Of a DNA stretch of 64,000 nucleotides, positions 47,912 through 58,166 are shown piece by piece (the stretch's first letter is position 1; each line of letters begins with the position of its first letter). This DNA is from Dehalococcoidia bacterium (GTDB taxonomy: Bacteria > Chloroflexota > Dehalococcoidia > SM23-28-2 > RBG-16-64-32). Made by a program: the position numbers and the translations under genes. The notes below the pieces were generated by a model that saw only the letters and a program-made list of their open reading frames with translations, was not told the DNA's origin and made no database searches. The DNA lies in assembly GCA_963665775.2 (NCBI GenBank), contig CAXXTF010000002.1, positions 1,088,001-1,152,000 on the forward strand, given 5' to 3'.

Positions 47912-49424
47912 GAAGGAGTCGGCCCAGCTCGGCGGCGGCAAGGAGCGCATCGAGGCGCAACACGGCCGCGGCAAGCTGACGGCCCGCGAACGTCTTAACA
48001 TCCTGATGGACGAGGGCTCCTTCGAGGAGTTGGACTCCCTGGTCACTCACCGGTCCCACGAGTTCGGTCTGGAGAGGCAGAAATGCTACGGCGACGCCGT
48101 AGTAACCGGCTACGGAATGGTCGAAGGCCGGCTGGTTTACGTCTTCGCTCAGGACTTTACTGTCTTCGGCGGCTCCCTGTCCGAAGCGGTGGCGGAGAAG
48201 ATATGCAAGGTGATGGACTTTGCGGTCAAGAACGGGGCCCCGATCGTCGGCCTCAACGACTCGGGCGGAGCCCGCATCCAGGAGGGCGTGGTGTCACTGA
48301 AGGGGTACGGCGACATCTTCCAGCGCAACGTCCTGTCCTCCGGTGTAATCCCTCAGATCTCAGTCATCATGGGGCCCTGTGCCGGCGGCGCCGTCTACTC
48401 CCCGGCCATTACGGACTTTGTCTTAATGACATCGGCCAATAGCCAGATGTACATCACCGGGCCGGACGTGATCCGCGCCGTAACCCAGGAAGAGGTGACG
48501 CACGACGATCTGGGCGGATCACTGGTGCACAGTACAAAGAGCGGCGTCGCTCACTTCGCCATCGATGGTGAGGAGGAGTGTCTGAACGAGGTACGCCGCC
48601 TGCTCTCGTTCCTCCCTCCCAACAACATGGAGGACCCGCCTATCAGCGAGCCGGCGGACGAGCCCGATCGTCGCTGTGACGAGCTACGGGGCCTCGTGCC
48701 AGAGGACCCCAGCAAGCCCTACGACATGCGGGAGATGATCTACACTATCGCGGACGATGGCGACTTCATGGAGGTGCACGCTTCCTGGGCTCGCAGCATC
48801 GTCGTCGGTTTCGCCCGCCTGAACGGCCGCCCCGTGGGGATCGTCGCCAACAACCCCGCGGTGATCGCCGGCGTCCTAGATGTCAACTCCTCCCGGAAGG
48901 CCGCCCGCTTCGTACGTTTCTGTGACAGCTTCAACGTTCCCATCGTCACTCTAGCTGACGTGCCGGGCTATCTGCCCGGCACTGAGCAGGAGTACAGCGG
49001 GATCATCACCCACGGCGCCAAGCTCATCTTCGCCTACAGTGAGGCGACGGTACCCAAGGTCACCGTCATCGTTCGCAAGGCCTACGGCGGCGCCTATATA
49101 GTCATGGGCTCCAAGCACCTAAGGGCCGATATCAACTACGCCTGGCCCTCAGCCGAGGTCGCGGTCATGGGCCCAGACGGCGCCGTCAACATCATCTTCC
49201 GCCGGGAGATCGAGGCGGCGGAAGACCGCGAGGCCAGACGGCAAGAGCTGGTCGAGGAGTATCGCCAGAACCTGGCGAACCCGTACGTCAGCGCCTCCCG
49301 CGGCTTCATCGACGACGTGATCGACCCCAGGGACACGCGGATCAAGATCATCCGCGCCCTAGAGATGCTTCAGAACAAAACGGACAGCAATCCGCCCAAG
49401 AAGCATGGCAACATCCCGCTATGA
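47859..49424 (+). CDS. Acyl-CoA carboxyltransferase beta subunit (PccB/MmdA/transcarboxylase 12S-like)
   Basis: QDFTVFGGS, DSGGARIQEG, GPCAGGAVYSPA and KKHGNIPL motifs. Confidence 0.95.
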   Translation: MAIDEKRTENRLSELERLKESAQLGGGKERIEAQHGRGKLTARERLNILMDEGSFEELDSLVTHRSHEFGLERQKCYGDAVVTGYGMVEGRLVYVFAQDFTVFGGSLSEAVAEKICKVMDFAVKNGAPIVGLNDSGGARIQEGVVSLKGYGDIFQRNVLSSGVIPQISVIMGPCAGGAVYSPAITDFVLMTSANSQMYITGPDVIRAVTQEEVTHDDLGGSLVHSTKSGVAHFAIDGEEECLNEVRRLLSFLPPNNMEDPPISEPADEPDRRCDELRGLVPEDPSKPYDMREMIYTIADDGDFMEVHASWARSIVVGFARLNGRPVGIVANNPAVIAGVLDVNSSRKAARFVRFCDSFNVPIVTLADVPGYLPGTEQEYSGIITHGAKLIFAYSEATVPKVTVIVRKAYGGAYIVMGSKHLRADINYAWPSAEVAVMGPDGAVNIIFRREIEAAEDREARRQELVEEYRQNLANPYVSASRGFIDDVIDPRDTRIKIIRALEMLQNKTDSNPPKKHGNIPL

Positions 49425-49501
49425 CTGGTTCAGCGTCAGGGGGAGGGCTGACGGCGCTCTTCCGGACCCCAGGCCTCTGACCCGGGCGGCGTAAGACGAT
49501 T

Positions 49502-50974
49502 ATGGGGATCAAAATCACCGACACGACACTCCGCGATGCCCACCAGTCGCTGCTGGCGACGCGGATGCGCACCGAGGACATGTTGCCCATCGCCCCGGAG
49601 ATGGACGAGGCGGGGTTTCACAGCGTGGAGGTCTGGGGCGGCGCTACCTTCGACACGGCGATACGCTTCCTGCGGGAGGACCCCTGGGAGCGGCTGCGGG
49701 AGCTGAAGAAGCGGTTCAAGAAGACCCCTCTTCAGATGCTCCTGCGGGGCCAGAACGTCGTGGGCTACCGCCACTATGCTGACGACGTGGTGGAGAAGTT
49801 CGTGGAGCTCTCGGTCAAGAACGGCATGGACATCTTCCGCATCTTCGACGCCGTCAACGACCTGCGCAACCTGGAGACGGCGATCCGAGCCGTCAAACGG
49901 GCGGGTGGCCACGTCCAGGGCACCATCTGCTACACCGTCAGTCCCGTGCACACGGCGGATATGTTCGCCAAACAGGCCAAGGAGCTGGTGGAGATGGGGT
50001 CGGACTCCATCTGCCTCAAGGACATGGCAGGCCTCCTCCACCCGTTCGACGCCTACACCATCATCCGTAGCATGAAAAAGGTCGTAAACGTCCCCATCCA
50101 GCTCCACTGCCACTGCACGAGTGGCATGGCGGAGATGGCCTATGTGAAAGCCGTGGAGGCCGGTGTAGACATCATCGATTGCGCCCTCTCTACCATGTCG
50201 CAGGGGACGTCGCAGCCCCCCACGGAATCCCTCATCGCCACCTTCGAGGGGACAGATCACGACGGCGGCCTGGACCTCGAACAGTTGACCCACCTTGCCG
50301 ATTATTTCGTCGATGTCCGCAAGAAGTACGCCGCTTTCGAGGGAAATGTACGGGTGGACGCCGGAGTGCTGTCACACCAGGTGCCCGGCGGAATGATCTC
50401 CAACCTGGTATCGCAGCTGCGGGAGCAGGGAGCGCTGGACAAGCTCAAGGACGTACACGAGGAGATTCCCCGCGTGCGTGCGGACCTGGGCTACCCACCG
50501 CTCGTGACACCCACGAGCCAGATCGTGGGTAGCCAGGCCGTCCTCAACACCCTCTTCGGGCAGCGCTACAAACAGGTCACCAAAGAGACCCGCGCCTATG
50601 TCCTGGGACAGTACGGCAACTCTCCGGCACCGATAAGTGAAGAGATCCGCAAGATCATCGCCCCTGATGCTGAGCCCATCAGCGGGCGACCGGCTGACCA
50701 CATCGCGCCCGAGATGGAGCAGGCCGCTCAGGAGCTGGGAGCGCTGGCCAGGAACGAGGAGGACACCGTCTCCTATGTTCTCTTCCCGCCCATCGTCCGC
50801 GAGTTCCTGGAGTGGCATGCGGGTGGGGCTAGCATCGAGCCAGATCTCGTGGCCGCCATCGCGACCGCCTTAACGCATAACCATCAGCCGGCCCAAGCGA
50901 CACCAGCGGCAGCACAGGACGGAGCCCGGAGCCCGTGGAGACTGGCCGGGCGCCAGAGGCTGCTGCGGGGGTAG
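49502..50974 (+). CDS. Pyruvate/oxaloacetate carboxyltransferase (5S/OadA/PycB-like, no biotinyl domain)
   Basis: RDAHQSLLATR, WGGATFD, KDMAG, HCH, HQVPGGMISNL and PLVTPTSQIVG motifs. Confidence 0.93.
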   Translation: MGIKITDTTLRDAHQSLLATRMRTEDMLPIAPEMDEAGFHSVEVWGGATFDTAIRFLREDPWERLRELKKRFKKTPLQMLLRGQNVVGYRHYADDVVEKFVELSVKNGMDIFRIFDAVNDLRNLETAIRAVKRAGGHVQGTICYTVSPVHTADMFAKQAKELVEMGSDSICLKDMAGLLHPFDAYTIIRSMKKVVNVPIQLHCHCTSGMAEMAYVKAVEAGVDIIDCALSTMSQGTSQPPTESLIATFEGTDHDGGLDLEQLTHLADYFVDVRKKYAAFEGNVRVDAGVLSHQVPGGMISNLVSQLREQGALDKLKDVHEEIPRVRADLGYPPLVTPTSQIVGSQAVLNTLFGQRYKQVTKETRAYVLGQYGNSPAPISEEIRKIIAPDAEPISGRPADHIAPEMEQAAQELGALARNEEDTVSYVLFPPIVREFLEWHAGGASIEPDLVAAIATALTHNHQPAQATPAAAQDGARSPWRLAGRQRLLRG

Positions 50975-50977
50975 CCC

Positions 50978-51487
50978 TTGAAGCTGACCATCCAGGGCGA
51001 GGAGTTCGAGGTCCAGCCGGGCGGCGATACCGTCACCGTCAGCGATAGGCAGTACACTGTCCGCGCGGCGCAGCAGGGCAATATCGTCACCGTCTATGTC
51101 AACGAGCGGCCCTTCCTGGTGCAGCTGCCCAGCCCGTTGGGACAGGGCAGTGCCATCAAGCTGCTGGTGGACGCCAAGGAGTACGAGGTGGAGGTCGAGG
51201 GCCGGGCCGCGTCTCCGCGTCCGAAGGCGCGGCCGGCCGGCCGGCGGCCAGAACCAGCGGGCGGTGCCGGTACCATCTTGGCCCAAATGACGGGGCGGGT
51301 CATCCGAGTGGACGTGCAGCCCGGTGACCATGTAGAGGCCGGAGCCACCTTGATCATCTTAGAGGCGATGAAGATGGAGAACGAGATCGCCGCGCCCGGG
51401 GCAGGGACGGTGACAGAGGTGGCAGTAGCCACCGGCTCCCGTGTCACGGAAGGGGACCTGCTGGTACGGCTAGACCTGGCCGAATAG
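50978..51487 (+). CDS. Biotin carboxyl carrier protein
   Basis: EAMKMENEI biotinylation motif. Confidence 0.92.
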   Translation: MKLTIQGEEFEVQPGGDTVTVSDRQYTVRAAQQGNIVTVYVNERPFLVQLPSPLGQGSAIKLLVDAKEYEVEVEGRAASPRPKARPAGRRPEPAGGAGTILAQMTGRVIRVDVQPGDHVEAGATLIILEAMKMENEIAAPGAGTVTEVAVATGSRVTEGDLLVRLDLAE

Positions 51488-51528
51488 ACTGCGGACTCCG
51501 GAAGAAGGGGTTCGGATCGGTGGGTAAC

Positions 51529-51554
51529 GTCGCCCAGAGCCAGCTCTGGGCGAC
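51529..51554. terminator. Perfect 12-bp inverted repeat between convergent genes
   Basis: gtcgcccagagc-ca-gctctgggcgac. Confidence 0.6.
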
Positions 51555-51571
51555 CCCTCAAGAGCCCGGTA

Positions 51572-51808
51572 TTAGTCCGGTAACGTCACCAGGGAAGTCG
51601 TGCTCTGAATGCCGTCGATGCCGCGGATGCTTTCGCCGAGGATAGGCGGGATCTCTTGCAGAGTCGCCACTTCGATCTCCGCAACGATATCGTAGGGGCC
51701 CATCACCTCATGCATCTCTATAACAGCGGCGATTTTCCGTATCTCATCGACGACGTGCCTGGTCTTACCGGGGTCGGTAACCACCAGAACGTATGCCTTG
51801 ACCGCCAT
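51572..51808 (-). CDS. Stand-alone Lrp/AsnC ligand-binding domain protein
   Basis: KAYVLV, VMGPYDIVAEI and IDGIQSTTS; AAGGAG SD. Confidence 0.88.
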   Translation of the reverse strand: MAVKAYVLVVTDPGKTRHVVDEIRKIAAVIEMHEVMGPYDIVAEIEVATLQEIPPILGESIRGIDGIQSTTSLVTLPD

Positions 51809-52052
51809 ACAGGCTCTCCTTAATGGGGCATTCCTGCCAGAAGCGAGAATCCGCGGTCATTATACAGCATGCGACACGTTCGGCCCTCGCATTTGGCAAA
51901 GAGAGGGCAAAAGGTGGTAAAATAAGCGAGGACTCTCCAAATTGACGCCTCTGTGCCTGGAGAGAGGACGAGTCAGCCTCTGTTCAGCGCGCGTCGACTG
52001 GAGTAGAATAAGGGACGGCGCCGCTGACCGGCGCATAGCAGGGAGCCTTGTC

Positions 52053-53780
52053 GTGCCTAAAGATGATTTCGTGATCCGGATAGGCGGCGACACTGCTATT
52101 GGCGGGGTGATCAGCACCGGCGAAAACTTCAGCGCTGCCGCATCTCACCAGGGCTTTCGGACATTCACTTTCCGCACCTATCCGGCGGAGATCAAGGGCG
52201 GCCACGCCTGGTTCCAGGTCAGGATCTCCAACCGGTCTGTCATCTCCATCGGCGACGGCTGTGACATCCTCATCGCCTTCGACCAAGAGGCGTATGAACT
52301 CCACCGGGACGATCTGAACCAGGGGGGCGTCCTCATCTACGATTCCGACCAGATCGAGATCGAGCATGGGAAGTTCATCGAGTACGGCATCCCCTTCCAG
52401 AAGATCGCCCGGGAGGAGCTGGAATTCGTTCGCGGCACCAACGTCCTCATCCTGGGGGTCATGGCCGGCCTGTTCGGCCTGGCACCGGCCGCCCTGGAGG
52501 AGCTGGTGCGCACCCGCTACAAGCGACGGGCGGAGCTGCTGGAGAAGAACCTGGAGACGCTGCACTACGGCTACGAATACACCAAGAAGATCCAGAAGAA
52601 GGACACGTTCTGGCTGGGCAGCGCCGACCAGGTGTCCCGCCTGGTGATGACCGGCAATGATGCCATCACGGCGGGCGCTCTCCACGCCGGCTGTCGCTAC
52701 TTTGCCGGCTATCCCATCACGCCCGCCTCGGACATCATGGAAACGATGGCCGCCCAGCTGCCGCACTTCGGGGGCGTCTGCCTGCAGGCCGAGGACGAGA
52801 TGGCGGCCCTGGCATCGGTCATCGGCGCTTCCTACGCCGGGACGAAGGCGATGACGGCCACCTCTGGGCCGGGCTTCTCGCTGATGACAGAGCTGCTGGG
52901 CCTGGCCTCCATGGCCGAGATCCCAATCGTCATCGTGAACGCCCAGCGGTCAGGCCCCAGCACGGGGATGCCCACCAAGCTGGAGCAGAGCGACCTGTTC
53001 CAGGCGCTATACGGAGGCCACGGCGACTTTCCGCGCATAGTGGTGGCGCCGGCATCGGTGCAGAACTGCTTCCGGGTCAGCGTCCTGGCCTTCAGCCTGG
53101 CCGAGAAGTACCAGTGCCCTGTGATCCTCCTCTCCGACCAGTCCCTCTCCCACCGGACGGAGACCATCGAGCGGGTGGACGCGGATGTCTTCCCAATCCT
53201 GGATCGCCTGCGGCCCGACGGCGTGAGCCCTGATGATTACCTGCGCTACCAGATCACGGACAACGGCGAATCGCCGATGGCGGTACCCGGCCTGGACCAC
53301 CACACCTACGTGGCCACCGGCCTGGAGCACGACGAGCGCGGCCACCCCCGCCTAACCCCTGAAACGCACGAAGCGATGACAGCCAAGCGGTTCGCCAAGC
53401 TGGAAGCGGCGCGACTGGATATCGACAACGAGGATCTGGCACCCCGCTATGGGCCAGAGAAGGCCGACCTGGGCATCATAGGCTGGGGAGCCACCCAGGG
53501 CTCCATCCGCGAGGGGGTGGATCGGGCGCTGGCGAAGGGCTACAAGGTGGCGGCTATGCACCCGCGCGTGCTCTGTCCGCTGCCGGAGGAGCGACTCAAG
53601 GAGTTCATCGGCTCCTGCAAGCAGATCCTGGTCCCGGAGGTCAACTATCAGGGCCAGTTCGCCCATCACCTGGCCGCCAGTCTGGGCGTTCGGCCCATCC
53701 GGCTCAACAAGATCGGTGGTCTCCCGTTCACACCCGCGGAGATCTTCAACAAGATCGAGGAGGTGCTCAATCATGCCTGA
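52053..53780 (+). CDS. korA: 2-oxoacid:ferredoxin oxidoreductase alpha subunit
   Basis: YPAEIKGG, GYPITPAS, QAEDE, TSGPG and QRSGPSTG; probable GTG start at 52053. Confidence 0.92.
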   Translation: MPKDDFVIRIGGDTAIGGVISTGENFSAAASHQGFRTFTFRTYPAEIKGGHAWFQVRISNRSVISIGDGCDILIAFDQEAYELHRDDLNQGGVLIYDSDQIEIEHGKFIEYGIPFQKIAREELEFVRGTNVLILGVMAGLFGLAPAALEELVRTRYKRRAELLEKNLETLHYGYEYTKKIQKKDTFWLGSADQVSRLVMTGNDAITAGALHAGCRYFAGYPITPASDIMETMAAQLPHFGGVCLQAEDEMAALASVIGASYAGTKAMTATSGPGFSLMTELLGLASMAEIPIVIVNAQRSGPSTGMPTKLEQSDLFQALYGGHGDFPRIVVAPASVQNCFRVSVLAFSLAEKYQCPVILLSDQSLSHRTETIERVDADVFPILDRLRPDGVSPDDYLRYQITDNGESPMAVPGLDHHTYVATGLEHDERGHPRLTPETHEAMTAKRFAKLEAARLDIDNEDLAPRYGPEKADLGIIGWGATQGSIREGVDRALAKGYKVAAMHPRVLCPLPEERLKEFIGSCKQILVPEVNYQGQFAHHLAASLGVRPIRLNKIGGLPFTPAEIFNKIEEVLNHA

Positions 53781-54642
53781 TGGCACACAGGTTGCCGAGG
53801 TACCAGAGGCGGAAGTCCTAACCGTAAAGGACTACAAGAGCGAGGTCAAGCCCATCTGGTGCCCCGGCTGCGGCGACTTCGGCGTTCTGAGCGCCACCTA
53901 TAAGGCCCTGGCCACCCTCCAGCTCCAGCGACACGACGTCGTGGTCGTCGCCGGCATCGGCTGCTCCAGCCGGACGCCGTACTTCATGAGCACGTTCGGG
54001 CTCCACGGCGTGCACGGGCGCTCCCTACCCATCGCCACGGGGATTAAGCTGGCGAACCCGGATCTGACGGTCCTGGTGATGGGGGGCGACGGCGACCTGC
54101 TGGCCATCGGCGCCGGCCACTTCCCCCACGCCGCGGCCCGCAACATCGACCTGACCTGCATCATGATGGATAACCAGACGTATGGCCTGACCAAGGCTCA
54201 GGCCTCCCCTACGTCCTTCCTGGGACATACGAGCAAGACAACGCCCTACGGCGTCATCTCCAAACCGATGAACCCCATGCTCTTCGCCCTAACCAACGGT
54301 GCCACCTTCGTGGCGCGGGGCTACTCCGCGAAGCCCAAGGACCTTACCGAGATGATCGTGCAGGGAATGGAACACAAGGGGTTCTCTTTCATACACGTGC
54401 GAAGCCCCTGCTCCGAGTTCTTGAACACCTACGACTACTACGATGAGCGGGTCGTGGAGATGCCCTCCGATTGGAACAACGGCGACCTCCAGGCAGCGAT
54501 CGACTTGACGCTCACTGAGGAGAAGGACCACCTTGGCCTCTTCTACAAGGAGGAGCGCCCCATCTATGAGCGGTCGGCCCGGGAGTTCGAGCCGGAGCAG
54601 CAGCAGTTCGATCTGGAGACGTATCTCAAGCGGTTCGCTTGA
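53773..54642 (+). CDS. korB: 2-oxoacid:ferredoxin oxidoreductase beta subunit
   Basis: WCPGCGD, GIGCSS, GGDGD and YGLTKAQASPT motifs. Confidence 0.92.
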   Translation: MPDGTQVAEVPEAEVLTVKDYKSEVKPIWCPGCGDFGVLSATYKALATLQLQRHDVVVVAGIGCSSRTPYFMSTFGLHGVHGRSLPIATGIKLANPDLTVLVMGGDGDLLAIGAGHFPHAAARNIDLTCIMMDNQTYGLTKAQASPTSFLGHTSKTTPYGVISKPMNPMLFALTNGATFVARGYSAKPKDLTEMIVQGMEHKGFSFIHVRSPCSEFLNTYDYYDERVVEMPSDWNNGDLQAAIDLTLTEEKDHLGLFYKEERPIYERSAREFEPEQQQFDLETYLKRFA

Positions 54643-54825
54643 TCCGCATTTGAATAGGACCAGAAAGAAGACCCTTCGCCACAGCTCTCAGCGACGGCCC
54701 CGGGATCGTGCCCTGACCGAGCGTTCCCTCGAGCCTCTCCCGGACTGTCACCCTGAGCGGAGCGGAGAGCCCCATTCGAGGCGCAAACCACCACAACCAA
54801 GCGCCTGTAGAGAGGGAGACCTGAC

Positions 54826-56751
54826 TTGGGCAAGAGCCTGACCCGAAAGATCATCGAAGAGCACCTGGTATCAGGCAAGATCGAGCCCGGCGAGGAGATC
54901 GCGCTCAAGATAGACCAGACCCTCACTCAGGATGCCACCGGGACCATGGCCTATCTTCAGTTCGAGGCGATGGAGATCCCGAGGGTGCGCACCAAGCTGT
55001 CCGTCTCTTACGTGGATCACAACATGCTGCAGACCGGCTTCGAGAACGCCGACGACCACCGCTTCCTGCAAACGATAGCCGCCAAGTACGGCCTGTACTT
55101 CTCACGGCCCGGGAACGGGATCTGCCACCAGGTGCACCTGGAGCGGTTCAGCTCACCCGGCGATATCCTCCTGGGCTCCGACAGCCATACACCGACATCC
55201 GGTGGTGCCGGGATGCTGGCCATAGGCGCCGGGGGGCTGGACGTGGCGGTGGCCATGGCCGGTGGCCCCTACTACCTGACGATGCCCAGGATCGTCGGCG
55301 TGCATCTGAGAGGCCGGCTGCAACCCTGGGTGGCGGCCAAGGACATCATCTTCGAGCTGCTGCGCCGTCTCAACGTCAAGGGCGGCGTGGGCAAGATCTT
55401 CGAGTATTTCGGGGAAGGCGTAGCCTCCCTCAGCACGCCGGAGCGCGGCACTATCACTAACATGGGCGCCGAGCTGGGGGCCACGACGTCGATCTTTCCC
55501 TCCGACGAGCGCACTGCCGAGTACCTCCGAGCCCAGCAGCGTGAGAGCCAGTGGAGGCCGCTGGCGGCGGACGCCGACGCCGACTACGACGAGGTCATCG
55601 AAATCGACCTCGACAAGCTGGGGCCCATGGTGGCCCGACCGCAGAGCCCGGACAACGTGGTGCCTATCGAGGAGGTGGAGGGGACGAAGCTGGCCCAGGT
55701 CTGCGTCGGCTCCTGCACCAACTCCTCCTACTACGACCTGTCGGTGGCGGCGGCTATCCTTAAGGGCCAGAAAGTAAACCCTGGCCTCAGCCTGACGGTT
55801 ACCCCCGGCTCCCGTCAGGTGTTCACCATGATCGCCCGCGGCGGCGCCCTCACAGACCTTATCGAGGCTGGAGCGCGCATCCTGGAATCGGCCTGCGGCC
55901 CCTGCATCGGCATGGGGCAGGCACCGCCCTCGGATGGCGCTTCTCTGCGCACCTTCAATCGCAACTTCCCGGGCCGATCGGGCACGGCCAACGACCAAGT
56001 CTACCTGGCCTCGCCGGAGGTGGCCGCCGTCTCCTCACTGCAGGGACAGATCACCGACCCGCGCAAGTGGGGAGAGCCACCCTCGGTGCCGCAGCCCACG
56101 GAGTTCACCATCGATGACGACCTCATCCTGCCGCCGGCCGCGGATGGCGAATCGGTGGAGGTGCACAGGGGACCCAACATCAAACCGCTACCCATTGCCC
56201 ACCCTCTGGACGAGACGATTCGGGCGCCGGTCATCATCAAGCTGGGCGACAACGTCAGCACGGATCACATTTTGCCTGCCGGCTCCAAGATCCTGCCGTT
56301 GCGCTCCAACATTCCGGCGATCTCCGAGTTCGTTTTCCACTACGTTGATCCGGAGTTTCCCCAGAAAGCGAAGGCGGCGGGAACCAGCATCATCGTGGGC
56401 GGAGCGAACTACGGGCAGGGCTCCAGCCGAGAGCATGCCGCCATCGCCCCCATGTACCTAGGGGTGAAGGCGGTGTTGGCCAAGAACTACGCCCGCATGC
56501 ACCACACCAATCTGGTCAATTTCGGCATTGTCCCCCTGCTCTTCGCCCGCGAGGAGGACTACGAGCGCATCAACGTAGGGGATCAACTGGAGTTCCCCGG
56601 CATAGGCAGCACCATCGGCAGTGGAGAAATTGCTGTGCGCAACGTCAGCCAGGGGTTCGAGATAAAGGCCCGTCATAACCTCAGCGAGCGGCAGGTGGAT
56701 ATCCTGTTGAAGGGCGGGCTGCTGAGCCACGTCAAGGCCCAAGCGGGCTAG
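54826..56751 (+). CDS. Aconitate hydratase (short type)
   Basis: QDATG, DHN, DSHT, GSCTN, CGPCIG, NRNF and GSSREHA motifs. Confidence 0.92.
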   Translation: MGKSLTRKIIEEHLVSGKIEPGEEIALKIDQTLTQDATGTMAYLQFEAMEIPRVRTKLSVSYVDHNMLQTGFENADDHRFLQTIAAKYGLYFSRPGNGICHQVHLERFSSPGDILLGSDSHTPTSGGAGMLAIGAGGLDVAVAMAGGPYYLTMPRIVGVHLRGRLQPWVAAKDIIFELLRRLNVKGGVGKIFEYFGEGVASLSTPERGTITNMGAELGATTSIFPSDERTAEYLRAQQRESQWRPLAADADADYDEVIEIDLDKLGPMVARPQSPDNVVPIEEVEGTKLAQVCVGSCTNSSYYDLSVAAAILKGQKVNPGLSLTVTPGSRQVFTMIARGGALTDLIEAGARILESACGPCIGMGQAPPSDGASLRTFNRNFPGRSGTANDQVYLASPEVAAVSSLQGQITDPRKWGEPPSVPQPTEFTIDDDLILPPAADGESVEVHRGPNIKPLPIAHPLDETIRAPVIIKLGDNVSTDHILPAGSKILPLRSNIPAISEFVFHYVDPEFPQKAKAAGTSIIVGGANYGQGSSREHAAIAPMYLGVKAVLAKNYARMHHTNLVNFGIVPLLFAREEDYERINVGDQLEFPGIGSTIGSGEIAVRNVSQGFEIKARHNLSERQVDILLKGGLLSHVKAQAG

Positions 56752-56877
56752 TGCGCTAAGCGCAACTCCGGACCTAATCGCCGGACATCACCATGGCCGG
56801 CAGTCACGCCCCGGCGAGGGCACCACGTCCCCACAGCCCCATCTGGTCGGAGAAGGTGCCGGTCGCGATGTTCCTGG

Positions 56878-58029
56878 CTACTGACCCCGCGTCAGGGCCA
56901 GAAACTGCTCGGCCATATACGACACTGTCCTCAGTACCGAGCCGTGGCTGTCCAAGACGCTCAGCCGTTCCCACCAGGGCCTGACCTGCGACGCTATCTC
57001 CTGCCAGCTAGGCGTCTCCCTGACCGGATCGGTTCTGAACTCGCTGCCGGCCTCCGTGATCAGATTCGGCGTCGGAGATGGCGACGGCGTAGGCATCTGC
57101 GAAGGTGCTGGGGACGGAGATGGAGACGGCGGTGGCGGTGTGGGCGATGGCCTCGGTGTGGGGGACGGCGCTGACGTCGTCGGCACCGGTGTGGGCGATG
57201 GTGTCGCCGTCGGCACCGGCGTGGGCGATGGTGTCGCCATCGGCTTCGGCGTGGGCGATGGTGTCGCCGTCGGCACCGGCGTGGGCGATGGTGTCGCCGT
57301 CGGCACCGGCGTGGGCGATGGTGTCGCCGTCGGCACCGGCGTGGGCGATGGTGTCGCCGTCGGCACCGGTGTGGGCGATGGTGTCGCCGTCGGCGCCGGT
57401 GTGGGTGATGGTGTCGCCGTCGGCACCGGCGTGGGCGATGGTGTCGCCGTCGGCACCGGTGTGGGTGAGGCCGTCGGCACCGGAGATGGTGACGGCGTTG
57501 TTGCCGGGGGCAGCGGCTCGCTCTGCCCCCCGAACTCGGTCGCCCAGTACCAACCGTACTTCGTCTCCGGCCCATAGGCCCGAGCGATGCCAATCACCTT
57601 AAAGTTCGGGTTCAACAGGTTGGCGTTGTGCCCAGGCGAGTTCCTCCACAGCTCGAAGGCCGCCTGCGCGTCCGCCACCCCCGCCGCCAGGTTCTCTCCC
57701 CTCCACGTGTTGTACGTGTAGCCGAAATCGTCCATCCTCTGGAAGGGATCCCGCCCCAGCGAGTCCGTATGGCCAAAGTAGTCGTTGGCTACCATGTCCT
57801 GGCTCATCCAACGGGCGATATCGTTCAGCCGGCTATTCACTGAGAGTGGCGCCAGGCCATCCGCCGCGCGGTAATCGTTAATGATCCGCAGGAACGCCTG
57901 CTCCTCGGCGTCCAGCGCTACTGCTGAACCGGACAGCGTGACCGCCGATAGCCCGATTACGGCCACCACCAGCACGGCCAGAAGGGATGCGCGAGAGAGC
58001 GCCCGCCCAATGCTGCCCCTGAAACCCAT
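56878..58029 (-). CDS. Secreted CAP/SCP-domain protein with Pro/Thr-rich tandem repeats
   Basis: Signal peptide; [21 protein letters not shown] and YWATEFG; ([10 protein letters not shown])n. Confidence 0.88.
   Translation of the reverse strand: MGFRGSIGRALSRASLLAVLVVAVIGLSAVTLSGSAVALDAEEQAFLRIINDYRAADGLAPLSVNSRLNDIARWMSQDMVANDYFGHTDSLGRDPFQRMDDFGYTYNTWRGENLAAGVADAQAAFELWRNSPGHNANLLNPNFKVIGIARAYGPETKYGWYWATEFGGQSEPLPPATTPSPSPVPTASPTPVPTATPSPTPVPTATPSPTPAPTATPSPTPVPTATPSPTPVPTATPSPTPVPTATPSPTPVPTATPSPTPKPMATPSPTPVPTATPSPTPVPTTSAPSPTPRPSPTPPPPSPSPSPAPSQMPTPSPSPTPNLITEAGSEFRTDPVRETPSWQEIASQVRPWWERLSVLDSHGSVLRTVSYMAEQFLALTRGQ
57179..57468 (-). repeat. 30-bp coding tandem repeat (9 full units plus a partial)
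   Basis: Head-to-tail units gtcggcaccggcgtgggcgatggtgtcgcc, with no spacers. Confidence 0.92.
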
Positions 58030-58166
58030 GTGCTATACTCCGAAACGGACCTAACCCTAGCTGGGCGCGGTTCGTCTTGGACGGGGACCTTGGTTTCCAG
58101 GCCGACATCCCCCGTCCTTTACTGTTTCTAGATAGTGAGACGGCCCGCGCGGGCCGCTGTTACGGA

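Noticed and set aside
54747-54765. GTCACCCTGAGCGGAGCG REP-like half-site (and a PSTG-encoding stretch near 20335 in the class IV PLP gene)
   Set aside because: Too short and degenerate to support as elements without genome-wide copies.
57179-57468. 30-bp repeats as a CRISPR array
   Set aside because: The units are head-to-tail without unique spacers, encode an in-frame Pro/Thr linker, and no cas genes are present.
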